A stretch of 62,900 nucleotides of DNA, counting the filler, from Sphacelaria rigidula (Eukaryota), in assembly GCA_964200075.2 (NCBI GenBank). It is 6 parts of 6 records of this genome, joined end to end, with 100 filler letters (N's around TTAATTAATTAA, not from the genome) between each part and the next. Parts side by side here need not be neighbours in the genome. Positions count along the whole stretch, not along the records: positions 31,503 to 41,902 come from CAXNAA020006566.1; positions 42,003 to 52,401 come from CAXNAA020006567.1; 4 more parts are not named here. One strand, given 5' to 3'. Of the stretch, positions 34,224 to 47,372 are shown one piece after another (positions within the stretch are counted from its first letter, which is position 1; every line of letters starts with the position of its first letter). The notes under the pieces were generated by a model. It did not search any database. It was not told the DNA's origin and saw nothing but the letters and a program-made list of their open reading frames with translations. Position numbers and translations under genes: made by a program.

Positions 34224-37200
34224 GATTTTGATTTCCGAGGGCTTGATCTCCGCTTGACGACCTTCAACCTCCTAGCGCCGTGCTACAAGCGCATGCACAC
34301 GGAGGGGCTGCCTCCGGCGGTTACTGCCGCGGGTGGACATGGGCTCTTGGCTGGGCAGGCGAAGTCATCGCGTCGGAGCTCGCGAGAAAGCGAGTTTGCG
34401 GACGTGTGGGAACAGCGGGCCCTGGAAACCGTGAGTTGACCTCCAAGAAAGATGAACAAATGCGGCGTTTTTTGCTTGTCCTATTTTTCAATGATGGTGT
34501 TCCAGGTGTTCCAGAGGAAGTGTCAGATTTTTTTCATGTATGTATGTATTTATTTGCATACCGGTTCTCTTTTCTTCTAGTTCTTGCTGGTTTTGGTTTG
34601 ATGATAAGTCAGGCCGTGCCTGGTCAGATTATTCTTTGATCAAGAATGTGCGGTGAAGAAGAAAACGTCGTCCATGTTGAAGAGACGGCCGATCAGACTT
34701 GGAAGCTTTGTTTTTCCACCACACTTTTGTCGATCGAAAAGTTGCTTGATGAGACACGCCCTCATACGTTTTTTTAGTTTACGCGTCGGGATAACCGTAT
34801 TTCGTGTATGTTGACAAGTTCAGTGAGAGCTCGAATTGTGGAGCGTTCTAAGAACCGTTCTTCCTTTCCTGTAAGTGGTTCAGTCAACTGTGTGTTTACC
34901 CTTCAGTCAGCTGAATTTCCCGAGCGCTCTGAGAAAGTTCTTCGTCTCTTGTGGTGCAGTGACCTGAATGCCTTCGAGCGTTTGGAGGAACGTTCTCATT
35001 GTTTATGGTTAGTCAGTCGGCTGAAAACTGAAGCGCTTGGGAGAAGCGTACTTTGTGTTTATGATTCCGCCCGCTTCAATCTCGAGCTCTCGAAGATATG
35101 TTCTCCGTCCTCATCATTCCGTCGGCTTGACTATTTTCGAGCGTTTGATATGTCGTCCATCCTGGCTGATGTGTCGGGTTTACGAACCGCTTTCTGGTGT
35201 TATGGCTCAGTCAGCTTGAACCGAAGACCGTTCTCGTGTTTCAAGTGTCGGTGACCTGGATTGTTTCAAGAACCGTGCCGGTTTCGACAACGTTAGTTAT
35301 GATTGCTTGATTTTCGTTTTTTTTCGTTTATTTCTTTCCCGATTTTTTCTCTTCGAGCGTATCAAGAGCTGCCCTTTGTGTCTCATGATTGGGTCAACTC
35401 GTATCTCACGCTTGCGGCAAAAATCGTTCGTCATTTTTTCGAGCGCCATATCGTCGGGGAAGTTGTCAAGTCTTGGGTGTGTGAAAAACTCGAGGGGCAA
35501 TAGTTCATAGTCAAAGATATCTACTTGTGAAGGAGGTAGGTTGAAATCCTTGAGATCATGGACGCGTCCCGAGGAAGCGGAAGGTTTCGGAGTGTGACAA
35601 AAAAAGGGAAGAAAAAAAAAAGATGGTGAGTGAAGCGTCTCGAAATGGACGACATGGCACTCCTTGATCATTTTCAAGACGAAAGATAATAAAACACGCC
35701 CACTTATACTCATCAGGTGGACTTCATCAGGCGAGAAATGTCGTCGTCCGACGTGATCTGCTTGCAAGAATTCTGGTTCGAACCGACGTACGAGGCCATA
35801 TTCCGGTCCGCCCTTGGGGACGACTACAACTTTCACACCCTACAGCGGACCGGATCGAAGGCGGACGGCGTAGCGGTTCTCCTCCGCCGCGGGAAATTCG
35901 AGGTCCGGGCATCCCACGGTCTCTCGTTGTCATCAGTGGGTGATCGCGTTGCCTTGGTCATGCACCTGCGCACAGCCAACCCAGGACCAGAACACTCGAT
36001 GGGGGAGTCAGGCCTTGCGGCACCGGGTACCTCGGTGTGGGGGGGGGGGGGGGCAGGGTTTGAGGGCGACGACTTGGTGCTGGTCAACACGCACCTGGCG
36101 TTCCCGCATGGGGCGATGGACCGAGTCAATCAGATGTCGCAGATCCGAACGGTTACCGACGCGGTAGAGGGGCTTGTGAGGGATGCGGGTCTGCCTACAA
36201 TGACTCCGAGGGTCGTCGTCGGGGACTTGAATGTGGAGAGCAGCGACGCGGTCTGTCGTCACCTGTTCGACACGGGTTTCCGGAGTGCGTTCACGTCGTT
36301 GCACCGGGAGCAGAGGGTGGTCACGCACCGGAATCACCGGGGAGAAGAGGTGAGGAGGAGGAGGAGGCGGAGGCGGAGGGGGGGTCTTGTTATTGTTGTT
36401 GTGATTGTGGAGTGTGCCACGAAACGTACACAAGTGTGTTTCGGACCTTCACTACTTTTCAGCTATACATACGGGGGTACCGACGGCCTCCACATCGATT
36501 GAACCTTGTGGGCCATCCTCGTGCTCCGTCCCGGCTATGTAGGGGCGGACCCCCGATAGGGTTGGCGTCGGTTGATGATGACGCTATAGAAACACGCCAC
36601 TCACTGTGTAAGCTAGGCAACCAGCTTACCGATTTTGTTTTTTCGCGCTTGCGTTTTTTTTCCCCCGGTAACCATGATGGTAGTCCAGCTAGATCATGTT
36701 GTGCGGCGTGGGAGAACCTCCTCTCCGCACATCGGGGATGATGGTACCACGTAGTGTTGAAATGGTGAGACACCCATGAGGCAGGGTATAAGCCGTGGCT
36801 ATCTCTGGAAGTGGCGATACCAGAAAATGAAGCAACTCATTGGAGGCTGTAATCCAAGTGCAAGATGATTGGTAGGCTTCAGGCCGGACAATCCTAGCAT
36901 GATGCAGCTCACTCTTCGTGCGACTCACCAAACACACCACGGCGCTTCGCGCCTTGTGGTTGAATGCGAGCCTGGTCCGGCGAAAACCCGGTGTGCTCCG
37001 TCCAAGCTTTGTAGGGGATGCGAGGTCAATGGTCTGATGACTATGGCATGCAAGATCGTGAGTAAACCCATTACCCCCCCCTCTGCCACTTTGATGCACA
37101 AGACACCAGCGAAAAAAACGATGGTTATGCTAGGATATAGATGGTGGCCACAGACGGCGAAACAAGACGGGGATGAGATGTGCAAGAGGTTCGTGTAGTG

Positions 37201-37644
37201 TATGTGAGAAACGTAATGAGCGGCTGAATGTTGGAGGCGTCTCTATTTGGAGCAGGAAGGGTGGGATGTGTGTAGTCAATGGTCAAGCGACTAAAGCAAG
37301 CAACAAATGAGTACGCCCCACTGCCCTCACTTACTCTCTCCCTCGTACCTTGCTCCGCTTCTCACTGCACTCTGTCGCCGACCGTCGGACCTACCCCCCC
37401 ACTGTTACAGGTGATGGTTGACCACGTGTTCGTTAAAGCCCCTGGGTTCGCCGCGAGACGGAGGGGGGCCGCAGAATCTACTATGGCCGACGTGCCCGGG
37501 TTGGTGCCTCACATGCGGGAAGATGTCGTCGTGGAGGAGGCTACTCTGTTGCCGAGCGGTATTGCGGGTGATGTCTGGAGCCCCCGCTTCGGGTTATCGG
37601 ACCACCGACCCTTGACGGTTCGATTAAAGTTCCCTGTTTATTGA
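34224..37644 (+). CDS. Endonuclease/exonuclease/phosphatase (EEP, CCR4/nocturnin-like) protein; exons 34224-34430, 35717-36349 and 37411-37644; first exon(s) not identified
   Basis: Motifs TTFNLLAP, DVICLQE, NTHL, GDLN, VDHVF, SDHRP. All junctions are GT-AG, phase 0, and join in frame. Confidence 0.92.
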
Positions 37645-38449
37645 GCGACGGAAGTTTTTTCCGAACTTAATCAAAGCCTGATCTATGAATGGGGCTCATG
37701 AAAGTGTTCAACTCGAAGAGGTGGTGTGAACCCCCCCGCCCATCACAAGGCCAACCCCTACAAGGATAGCGGTGGCAGTTTGGAGAGTATTTTTTCAGTC
37801 TAACTTGATTCGATTATTGGATGTGATTTGATTCGATTATGAAAAATACTCTGCTTTCTGCCTGATGTGTGCGGGGGGGTGTAGCTTTGCTTCGTGGTGA
37901 AGTGTGAGTGGGTGGGGTGGGGTGGGGTCAGGAAACTGTGTCTTGTAGCTGCATGGTTTCACGTTGTTCTGTGAGTGTGCGTGTGAGTTTTTAGTGGTGT
38001 GGTGTGTTTCCTGTTAGTTGGCGTGGCTGTTGTTATTGTTATTGATTGTGATGCGTGCTTGGAAAAAGAAAAAAACAATGATGAAGAAAAAAGTGTGTCG
38101 TGTTGATGTTTGTGGCTCGCTCGCCTTTTAGCCCGCTCATGCCCTTTGCCTCGCCGATTCGGCTGCGATGTTGGAGCATAAGTAGCTGAACCATGTGTGG
38201 GAAAGAGCAGCCAGATTGCACTTACAGGGAGATTCATTCGTCCGGCGTCTCACCGATAGCTTTGATGGCACGTTCATGACGGACGCTATGCGTATTCTGC
38301 CAAGCTTCTCAGTTCCTGTATGTTTTTCTCAACCGGGCTTCAAAAGGATTTTGCGCCCGCGTTGAAGATGGGTCGTGCGAGAGCTTTGCTTATCGTGTGA
38401 AAAAAAGGCCTTTTTTCTTTTTCGTGACAAGCGATTAGAGTGAAATAAT

Positions 38450-39085
38450 GCACTTCGAGATACTCCTGGATCTTGCGGAGCTAAGGTGGTTGTGTGAGAG
38501 TTTGCCAGTAGCGTGGAAAGCCCTCGCATTTTGTTACTAGCGATGAGAGGATTCATGCGCCCGGAGATTTCCTGTACCTTGCCGGGCGTCGCACCTCGAA
38601 GTGGTTTTGTGTTTCTCGAGAGCCGTGCTGCATGGCAACACCGTGCAAGGGGGTACTCTCATGTCATTAGCCTTGCGGAGGAGCTGAAGTGGCTGCGTGA
38701 GATTTTTGCCAATCGCGGGGAAAGCCTTCATATTTTGTTACTAGCGACGAGAGGATTTATGCACCCTGAGATATCTTGGACCGTCCGGCGCTATTGTGAT
38801 TATGCGGGAGTTTACCAATCGCGTAGAAAGTCTTCACATGTTTTTATTAGCGGTGCGAGGATTGATGCACTGTTGAGATTTCCTGGACATTGCGGAGCTA
38901 AGGTGATAATGTGTGAGTTTTGCCAATCGCATGGAAAGCCTTCACATCATGTTTTTAGTGACGAGAGGATTCATGAACCCTGAGATTTCCTGCACCTTGC
39001 CGGGCGTCGTACCTCGAAGTGGTTGTGTCTCTTGAGAGCCATGTCGAAGGACAACACCGCGCAAGGGCGTGCTTTGGTGTCACTA
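38450..39085. repeat. Complex tandem repeat (higher-order unit about 420 bp with subunits about 200 bp)
   Basis: GCGGAGCTAAGGTG..TTTGCCA..GAAAGCC.TC.CAT..TAG.GA.GAGAGGATT.ATG recurs at about 38475, 38690 and 38892. Confidence 0.75.
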
Positions 39086-40029
39086 GCTTTGCCTGCATGG
39101 GGGAGTGATGGCTGATTAGTATCGCGTCATTTTTTTCGATATCTATTTTTTCATCGTGCGGTGGTGTGTCGGGGAACAAGAAAAAAAAATTGTCTTGGGA
39201 GGGTGTGAAACGCGGTGTCCGTATAACAGGTATAATCTTCATATATCTTTATATACTGTATGCATATATGTAGTCGTGCGGCGAGGACTGTGTTTGGTTC
39301 CTCCGGTTTGTTTTTTTGGAACAAATTGGCGATGAAAAACGCTGCTTCCTTGAAGGAGCATTCGTTTAGTGTCATTGGTTTTGTTCAAGTGAGAACACGC
39401 TAAGGGTGGTCGAAGGAGCGGGAAAGCGGGGGCATGGGGTTGGAGGGTATTGAGTATGCACGCTACTTTTGCTGTCTTTGAAAGACGTTTACGAGAAGAA
39501 CGCTGCCGTTAAGGTCGGCAAATTGTTTATTTGCATGTGACGGCCACGGCTCTTCCGTGGCCCATTCGTGAAGTGGCTTGTCATCGTCGTCTGAGAGTTT
39601 GGTCATGGTCTATACTCATACAGTGTATGTCACACAGCCCTTCGTTTTGTGAGGGGATCACCTCATGATACTGTATTAGTGTAGGTCCAGCGGGAAATCA
39701 GCAGTCTGACGGAGCTGTATTCGTAATACTGGGAAGGGAGGCGGAGAGGAGGGGCGCGCGCGGGGGGGGGGGGGGGTCACTGTAGCGTACATGGAATGTT
39801 TCCAAAAATTTGCAAGCAAGTGAGGATCGAGGTAAAGGTACTGTGTTGAACCCCTCAACGGTCAGCGTGCTTCATCTGGATCTCGTTATCAGTTTTCGAG
39901 TGAAAATGATGACCCCGCAGATGAACCTCATCCAATGGTCGCAGGATTTGGGGTACGTGCTGGGAGAAACAGGAGAGGGAGAGTTGCACAGTTGGCGGCA
40001 TGTCGCTGCTTTTTGAGTTGGGAATCTAA

Positions 40030-40167
40030 TACACCCTGGACAAGAGATTACACCGTAAAAAAATCTACTTCGTACAGTATAGGATCTATAGCCTAATGCA
40101 ACAGACGCAATAGTCGATACTGTACGCAGTACACTTTTTGGCGATGTAAACTTTTGTCCAGGGTGTG
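40030..40167. mobile_element. Short MITE with 8-bp TSD GAATCTAA (hAT/P-like)
   Basis: TIRs ACACCCTGGACAA / TTGTCCAGGGTGT. Homologous copy at 57560-57695. Confidence 0.85.
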
Positions 40168-40866
40168 GAATCTAACCGTTTGACCTCCAGGTTGGGCCAT
40201 TTGTTTGTCGAATCGGGATTTTTTTTCACGTGGAGTATAGCTGTTGAGACCCAGGTGAATCGACTCCAAGGTGGTCACAGTATTGACTCTCCGATGACAA
40301 AAGCAGTCAAAGTGAGTCACGGCATGCTATACTGCCAATGCTTCGTGACTTGGATTTCAGGTACGAATGAACGCTGCTGCAGTAAAGATCCGCGAACGAA
40401 CACGTCTCAGTCGGACGGGCTTGGAGTTTTCGATCGGGAAGAAGTTACTGCACTCCGCTGGCCGGCTCTCATTTGCGAGTGGTATTCAACACATAATATT
40501 ACGTGTATTTTTTGTGTTTTGGGTAGTAGTCTTGAATTGTGCGGGTGTGTTTGCGTGATTAATGCTGTTCCTGTTTGCTCGTTGGCATGACTGGTTGTGG
40601 AGTGCGATGAATAGTCGCACCGGTGCGTATACGTGACGAATTGCAGTAGTCAGATGACGAAATTCTGGTGTGAGCGTGACGTGCGTACAGCGTGGCCAGG
40701 GTGTTCGTACATTTGGAGTCTAGGTGAAGCAGAAGTACCTAGCGCAGAAGATCTGACGTGGAAGGAAGGAATAATATATATCTAAGTGTCTTTTTTTTGT
40801 TTGGTGTGCTGTGTGTGCATCATTCCTCAATTGTCAGAACGCTCATCGAAATACGCTGACGACACG

Positions 40867-41048
40867 CACGGGACGCATCAGTGTTGTTTCACGGCACGCG
40901 TCAGTGTTGGTTCACGCGATGCATCAAAGTGGTTCTCGCGATGCATCAACGTTGATTGACGACATACATCAATGTTGGTTCACGGGATGCGTCGGTGTTG
41001 GTTCACGGGATGCATCATTGTTAGTTCACGGGATGCAGTGTTGATTCG
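40867..41048. repeat. Minisatellite, 23-bp unit, about 8 copies
   Basis: Consensus CACGGGATGCATCAGTGTTGGTT. Confidence 0.85.
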
Positions 41049-41533
41049 GCGAGTTTTCCTCGTACGATCCAAACCGTGGGCTGTTCACACATGAAAAATT
41101 CTACTGTTGTAATAAGTTGTCGCACATGTAATACAGTTAGTTGTCGCACACATGCATCATAATACCGTTGTTTTTCGAACGGGAAGCAATCATGGTGAAT
41201 GCCATTTTTTTGGAAGCAAAAATCGGACAACCTATAGTTCGGATCATGGTGGTCATTATATCAGAATATGATGACACTACTGACTCCTGATGATGGTGAT
41301 CGCCAACGAACCCTCTACAGTAGGTGATGGTCCTTCACTCCTGCGCTCTCCACTTGGTTTGTTTAGGAACCCGCCCACGCATGTGTGGTGAGAGGCCACA
41401 CTTGATACAAATGTTCGTCGTGATCTTTTCACATGTAGTATGTACAATCAACCCTTCGACCGGCAGGGTGGGCGATTTTGGTATGGCGCCCGTTAAGGTG
41501 TAGCAGTAGTAGATTGCTAGTAATGGACGAGCG

Positions 41534-41571
41534 GTAGTAGTAGCAGTAGTAGTAGTAGTAGTAGTAGTAGT

Positions 41572-41602
<31 letters not shown>

Positions 41603-41607
41603 GCAGT
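41534..41607. repeat. (TAG)n(CAG)n compound microsatellite
   Basis: Direct inspection. Confidence 0.95.
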
Positions 41608-41902
41608 GAAAGTAGTTGTTGCTGTTGCCTACACATTTAGAGCCGTTCCGATTCAGATACCTGATGTAGTTCCGATACTTCTTACTTCCGTGCTCGACAC
41701 GGACGCCTTCGGTGGTCACAGGCTAACTCCCAGCATGTGAAAAAAGTGATTCCTCGAGAGCAATGCTACACGGTAGGGGTGCACTTTTTTCGAGAAATTT
41801 TGTCTTGTTCAGAGGCTCCTAACGATTCTAGATTGCACAAGAAGATGGGTCAGAGCATCCCTGTTTGCAAATTGATTCGGGATATCCCCAGCACATTGGA
41901 AT

Positions 41903-42002
41903 NNNNNNNNNNNNNNNNNNNNNNNNNNNNNNNNNNNNNNNNNNNNTTAATTAATTAANNNNNNNNNNNNNNNNNNNNNNNNNNNNNNNNNNNNNNNNNN
42001 NN
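41903..42002. other. Artificial contig spacer
   Basis: N44-TTAATTAATTAA-N44. Confidence 0.99.
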
Positions 42003-42239
42003 AGATTTTAATCCTCCGGGTTCTCATCCTCAATCAAAAGCACCATCCTCAACATAGATGATTGGCTGTTTCGAGAGAAGTGGTGACGATTTCCGTTGAT
42101 TCTTCCGGCTTCCACTCCACTTAAGAAGGGGCAAGTCACGATCAACACGCGTGCGTCTCTTTTTCAGCTTACCTGCGAGTGCTGCTTGTCTAGTTAGTCG
42201 CCATAATACTGCCGCTTCTTGGTGTGATTGATGATCCAG

Positions 42240-43294
42240 GTGGTGAGCCAAAACTACCTGAGATACGAGCTCAATTTCTTGATCGCCATGAAGGACACAG
42301 GGGTCGCACTCAGCAGTCTCTTTTTGCTGTGCCTCGACCAGAAATCGGTAGTTTCTGTGTTTGATAGCACGAACGGCAGCGTTCGATGCGTCGAGGTTAT
42401 CGACGTTCATCCGACACCCGACTTCCACATGATATGGAAGCTACGGACAACTGTCCTGGCGTGCCTTGTGGGGGAAGGAGGGCGGGACGTCCTCCTTTCA
42501 GACAACGATGCCTTGTGGTTGAAAAACCCACTTGAAGATCTGAGCGCTGTGCAGGGCGACATAGTAGCGCAGCGTGGGATCATGCCCGCAGAATTCGGCG
42601 ATCCCATTAACAAGGTGACCATGTGTATGGGATTTGCACTCCTTCGTGGCGGAAGCGATGGTATGCGAATATTCCTGGATAGGTGGCTGACACTAATGGA
42701 TACGGTCGGGGACGATCAGATCGCTGTTAACCAAGCAGCCCACTCGCTGCACATGGAATGGATTTATGAAGGTGAGTCGTTCAACGATGCGATCGAGGAG
42801 GACACCACACGTGCATTCCACGAACCTCTCGCGGGAAACTGCGCTCCTGGAGAGCTTTTACATTATTCCCGGCATTGCTAGGAACGCGGAGATCTTCTCA
42901 TACAGCGGTATAACGGCAGTTCGACAATACCCGCGAAGCAGTGACATCACTAGCGATTTTCCAGTGGGGAAGTAAGTCCCCCCTACTTATCCCCCATTTC
43001 TGGATATATTCCGCGATGACTACCCCCTCATGCTCGTATCTATCGTGCCACGACTCAGGTATCAGCGACATGCGGTTTTTGGAAAGCACGCAACCGGGAT
43101 ACGGGGTCCTCGTGGATCTCCCGGGAAACTTCACGGTTACATTCTTGCCTCATAACAAGTACCCTCGCAAGTGTAGGTGCAGCATAAACTCCATTGTGAC
43201 CAACGAGACAACGGTCGTTGCGCACTGCTTCCCAAAGCATCATGCTTCCAGAGAACAAGAAATGAGAGACTGCGGTGTGTGGTGGTTGGACTAG
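42240..43294 (+). CDS. Nucleotide-diphospho-sugar transferase (GT77-like); exons 42240-42771 and 43059-43294; 5' exons probably off the contig
   Basis: Motifs LLSDNDALWLKNP (DxD), DIVAQRG, MCMGF, DDQIAVN, LPHNKYPR, VVAHC and a C-terminal WW. Acceptor CAG at 42237-42239. Splicing 42772-43058 gives ...IYEGISDMRF... in frame. Confidence 0.85.
42774..43056. mobile_element. 283-bp MITE with GAG termini and AGGT TSD that forms a GT-AG intron (introner candidate)
   Basis: Left end GAGTCGTTCAACGATGCGATCGAG; reverse complement of the right end GAGTCGTGGCACGATAGATACGAG. AGGT at 42770-42773 and 43057-43060. Confidence 0.8.
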
Positions 43295-43313
43295 CAAGCT
43301 GGTTGGTATATCC

Positions 43314-43563
43314 GAGTGATTCTACGACAGGGGGGGAACGTTTGATTCCACCGAAAACGGGTTCATAGGTGTGCCAGACGAGCTAACACACTCGCTGTGT
43401 GCTCGCGTAAGGGTGAAAACGGTTTCAAGCAGTATGGATGAGTATTGTTTACCTGTAACAAGCGCATTCGAATAGCCGTTGCTGCTTTCAACGACCATTT
43501 GGAATATCGTGACAGAAATGCCCCCACCATCATCACTACCCTTCCCCCATCGTAGGATGACTT
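43314..43563. mobile_element. Diverged copy of the 17473-17724 MITE family
   Basis: Ends GAGTGATTCTACGACAGGGG / CCCCATCGTAGGATGACTT. Shares internal GCAGTATGGATGAG and TTGCTGCTTTCAACGAC. TSD ATCC/ATCG. Confidence 0.8.
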
Positions 43564-46500
43564 ATCGACAAAATATTCCGTGAAATAGGGATGCGGGATG
43601 AAAAGTTGTCCGGAGAGCCGGTAACGTCTTCCGCCTGCCTTACCTACCATTTACGGTAGACTTCACCCCGGGCAGTGCCGTGTCTACCTGCCATGGGGGC
43701 GTAGCTGGGTTAGTAGCGAACGAAATGTACACACACACATGTATTGGGCAAGAGAGACTTCGCGATTTTGGAACAGTAAGAGGGCAAGGAACAAGCAGGG
43801 CCCGAATGGTTTGCTGGCCACCACGACCATTCGACGCCTGTAGCGCACAGCTGATAAGTCGTCGAACAGTCAACGTAATATCTGGTTATGAGTGGATGAA
43901 TTGACTCAATTGCTACGGTGTGTACCACAAGAGTCACTGCTTGTGTTTGGTCCTTTAGTAGAAGGATCTTTGAATGTTCCGTACATTGGTGCAGAGCAGC
44001 GGCTACGGCATGGTTTGTCGGTACGGCAGTCATGCAAAGTATGCCAATTCATGTTTCTCTACAGCTAAACTGCTTAGTTCGGTTTGTCGTTCAGGCCATA
44101 ATTTGCCGTCCGCCGTGCCGACGGTAGAATTTCGCCCATAATCTGTCGTCGATGCAATACTGGAATACGAGATATCCCAACACGCCAGCCCCGTTGTGGT
44201 GTTCCTACACTGAGAGTACAATATGGCCAAGGAAGAGGATGCGCGTCAGTCGTAGCCCAAATACAACAAACAATCAACTCGTGGTAATTGGTGAAATGTC
44301 CAGTAGTACATGTTCAAATCAACCGAGGAATTTACGTCTCCACTGAACAGCAGTTGCCGACGGTTTCCCATCCATGATACCAGTGGAGGCACAGGGATAG
44401 CGTCCAGCGCTGGGAGGGCGGTGTGATATGATGTGACTGCAGGACGTAGCCATGATCTTGAGCAAAGGTGACGTTGAATGATGGGCATTTTCATATTCAA
44501 ATAGCGGAGAATTGGCTGCCCCTTGAATTGACGTCTACGGAGAGCATGTATTTGAATTCGAAAAAAGGCAGTGATCCAACCATGGCATGAATTGAGGAGA
44601 CCGGCTCTTGGATTTTATGGTATGACCTCAGTTTATGTTGATTTAGGGGGCGGCGAAACACGTTTGAATAAGCAGCCCGTACGAGCCCCACTCTCTTTTC
44701 ATGCCCGGTTTTTGGGCTGCGATCCAACAGTTCCCCAGTGGAGTATCTACAAACCGCGAGAAAGTGAGTCCCAGAGATAAGAGCAGTAGTCAGGCTGCTG
44801 TTTGGTCTGGTGTGTTTTATTGATTTAGGTTTCGGCTTGTTTCGGTTTGTGTTGTATCTCCCTGTTCTGTAGATGAAGTTGGATGCAACCAATTGCGTGA
44901 TAAAAGTGCTATTCTGGTCTGTATTATTTGTTGGTTTTCTCCTTGTGTGGATGCTACACGAGAGCGACTGTGGTCAGCCCGCGCTGCTGAGCTGCGTAAA
45001 CAAACAACGAACACTGAGGTCTGAACCTGGAACAATCGTGGTGAACATCATTGCACCTTCTCAAGCTGCTTCACCTCTATCACATCACAGTTGGAGCTCC
45101 TGCACGAAGTTGAACCATGGACCTGCTGCACAGCACAGTTGGACCTCCCGCATTGCCTCTGCTGTTCTTCTGTTTTTGAGTTGTGTTGTGTTCGGACTGC
45201 CGAGCTGCCGTGTATACTACACCACCACTGTGTGCCTTGCATGCGGATCTCTTTTGTTTGTTCATCGCCTAGCCGTCTGTAGCTGTCGCTCTGTCATTTA
45301 TCCCTGGCAAGATGCGTTCAAGGGCCTCTGATACACTAGACGCTCGCACCCCGCGCCGACTCCGACGCGAACGTACGCGAACAATAGCACTTGCCCCCCC
45401 ACCATCTTCACCTGCTCGTCCCAGCTGCCTCTCTATGACACCCGCCTCAGCAATGATACCCATCTACTCTGTAGCGGATACGAGTCACCATGTAAAGTCC
45501 AAGTTATACCGTGACTCTCCTGCCCCGTTACATTTTTTCTCACATGAGCTGCCCGTACATTACCATCTACCAACTCTTTTCCACCACCACTGGCACTGTC
45601 TCAGCGTGCATCCTTTCGTTTCACCCACCCCGTCGCATGTGCCGTCCGCCTTTTATTCTTCAGTAGCTTATGTTGACCGTCTCTTGCTGTCTCAAAATGT
45701 GCTCACCGTGCAGCACATTTTGTTTTGTGCTCAACCTGGGTGTTGACTGTACATCATCCTACCCCACCCTGTACTATGTATGTGAACCAACCACCCGTGA
45801 TAACACTACAGGACCACCCTCTTCCCAAGGTCCTGTGTTCATCCAGTACATTTCGTGGACTCCGGTATGGACAACTCGTCCACACCCTCTCTCTCGTACC
45901 TTCTTAGATCACCCCTCATTGTCTTTCATGGGTGCCTGGCCGACCCCCACCACGCCCACAGGCTCCTACAGTATACTATTTTCCTCTTCCATTTCCAATT
46001 CAACACCCCGGTCAGTCATTACCCTCCTTCTTTCTACACTGACTGTGACGCGCACCCGCGCAGGTACAGAAGCTCTAGACTACGTACTCTTTTGACTTTC
46101 ACACGGCACCAGGGCACACTGAAGTTTGATTGGCACCCACCAACGCGCACTACAGTGCGTACTTGATCATTCAAAAGGCCGCGTACCTTTCGTGTTGAAA
46201 TACTGCTCCAAATTGAAGTACTGACCACAGTCCAGTACCGTCTGACCTCCAAATGGTCTCGGCGGGCAATATGTTGCGGACGGCGAGGTACCGTGGTGTA
46301 CATACGTGCTACTGCTGCACTATCTGAACGAAATCATATATATTGCATTGCAGATATGAACACGGCGCGGATACAGCGGGTGTCGGGTGTTCTCCGTGTA
46401 ATACGAACGAATTGACGTCGGTACAGCACCAATAACCCGACCCTCCGCTACCCCACGCGAACATCAGACGAACTGTAGAGTGCCACCGTGCATTTTCCTG

Positions 46501-47372
46501 TCTGGTGCTGTGTACGCTGCTGTTGTACTGCATTACATATTTGTATTACGGTTGCGCTTGTACGTTTATTGACTGTGTACCTGCACGATGATACGTCATC
46601 GACCCCCGACTCGGCGATTTTCAGCGAACTACGCGGTACTGTAATAAGTATCGACAGCTGCACTAGTATTGCTTCTAGACACACGGCATCCGGTAGTTGT
46701 TTCTTTCCTCAGCCTCAACGTGTTCTCAAAATTGAACTGAGCGGTTTATCGTTGCTGTTCGCTGCATCCGACACGTCTATTCCTTCGTGGCATGCAGTTT
46801 TTTTAATGCGCTGTTGCGCTGGTGACAGACACTGTATGTCTGTTGATTGTGACAACCTTCGTTTTCTTTTCTCTTGCTGTTACAATTTATTCCAACACAC
46901 ACACACATACGGTTTTTTGTGTGCTTTCGAGATATATATACATAAATATATATATGTTTTTTCCCTTTCGTCTGCACCTAACTAAAAAGGTGATAGACCG
47001 CTACATGTGCGGAGTGCGCGGACCTACACGTTGAGAGAAAACTGTCGACAGTACCCTGCCACTTTTTTGCTTTTATTTTGTTCGCTCCGCCTCAGTCCTC
47101 AACAACTGTGCTGTCTCCCACGACGAAATGAGAACACGTCTACTTCAAACCCCATTGTCGACCACAGGTCCACAGTCGGGCTCCACAACCCTTCAACAAC
47201 AAACCGCGGCAATATATTTTCCTTCACTCAGCCAGTGCACCATCACCACTTAACACAATCCTCGTCGGCCAGCGTGGGTTCTCGCTTGTGGTGTGGGTAC
47301 GCTAGCGTTCATCGTTCTGTCATGACGGGTTCCATGACAGCACAGTCCCGTGCGACATTGCATGGCTCCTAA

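Noticed and set aside
36350-37410. Second introner in the EEP gene (AG|GTGA at both junctions)
   Set aside because: No terminal inverted repeats. It matches the ordinary proto-splice-site consensus.
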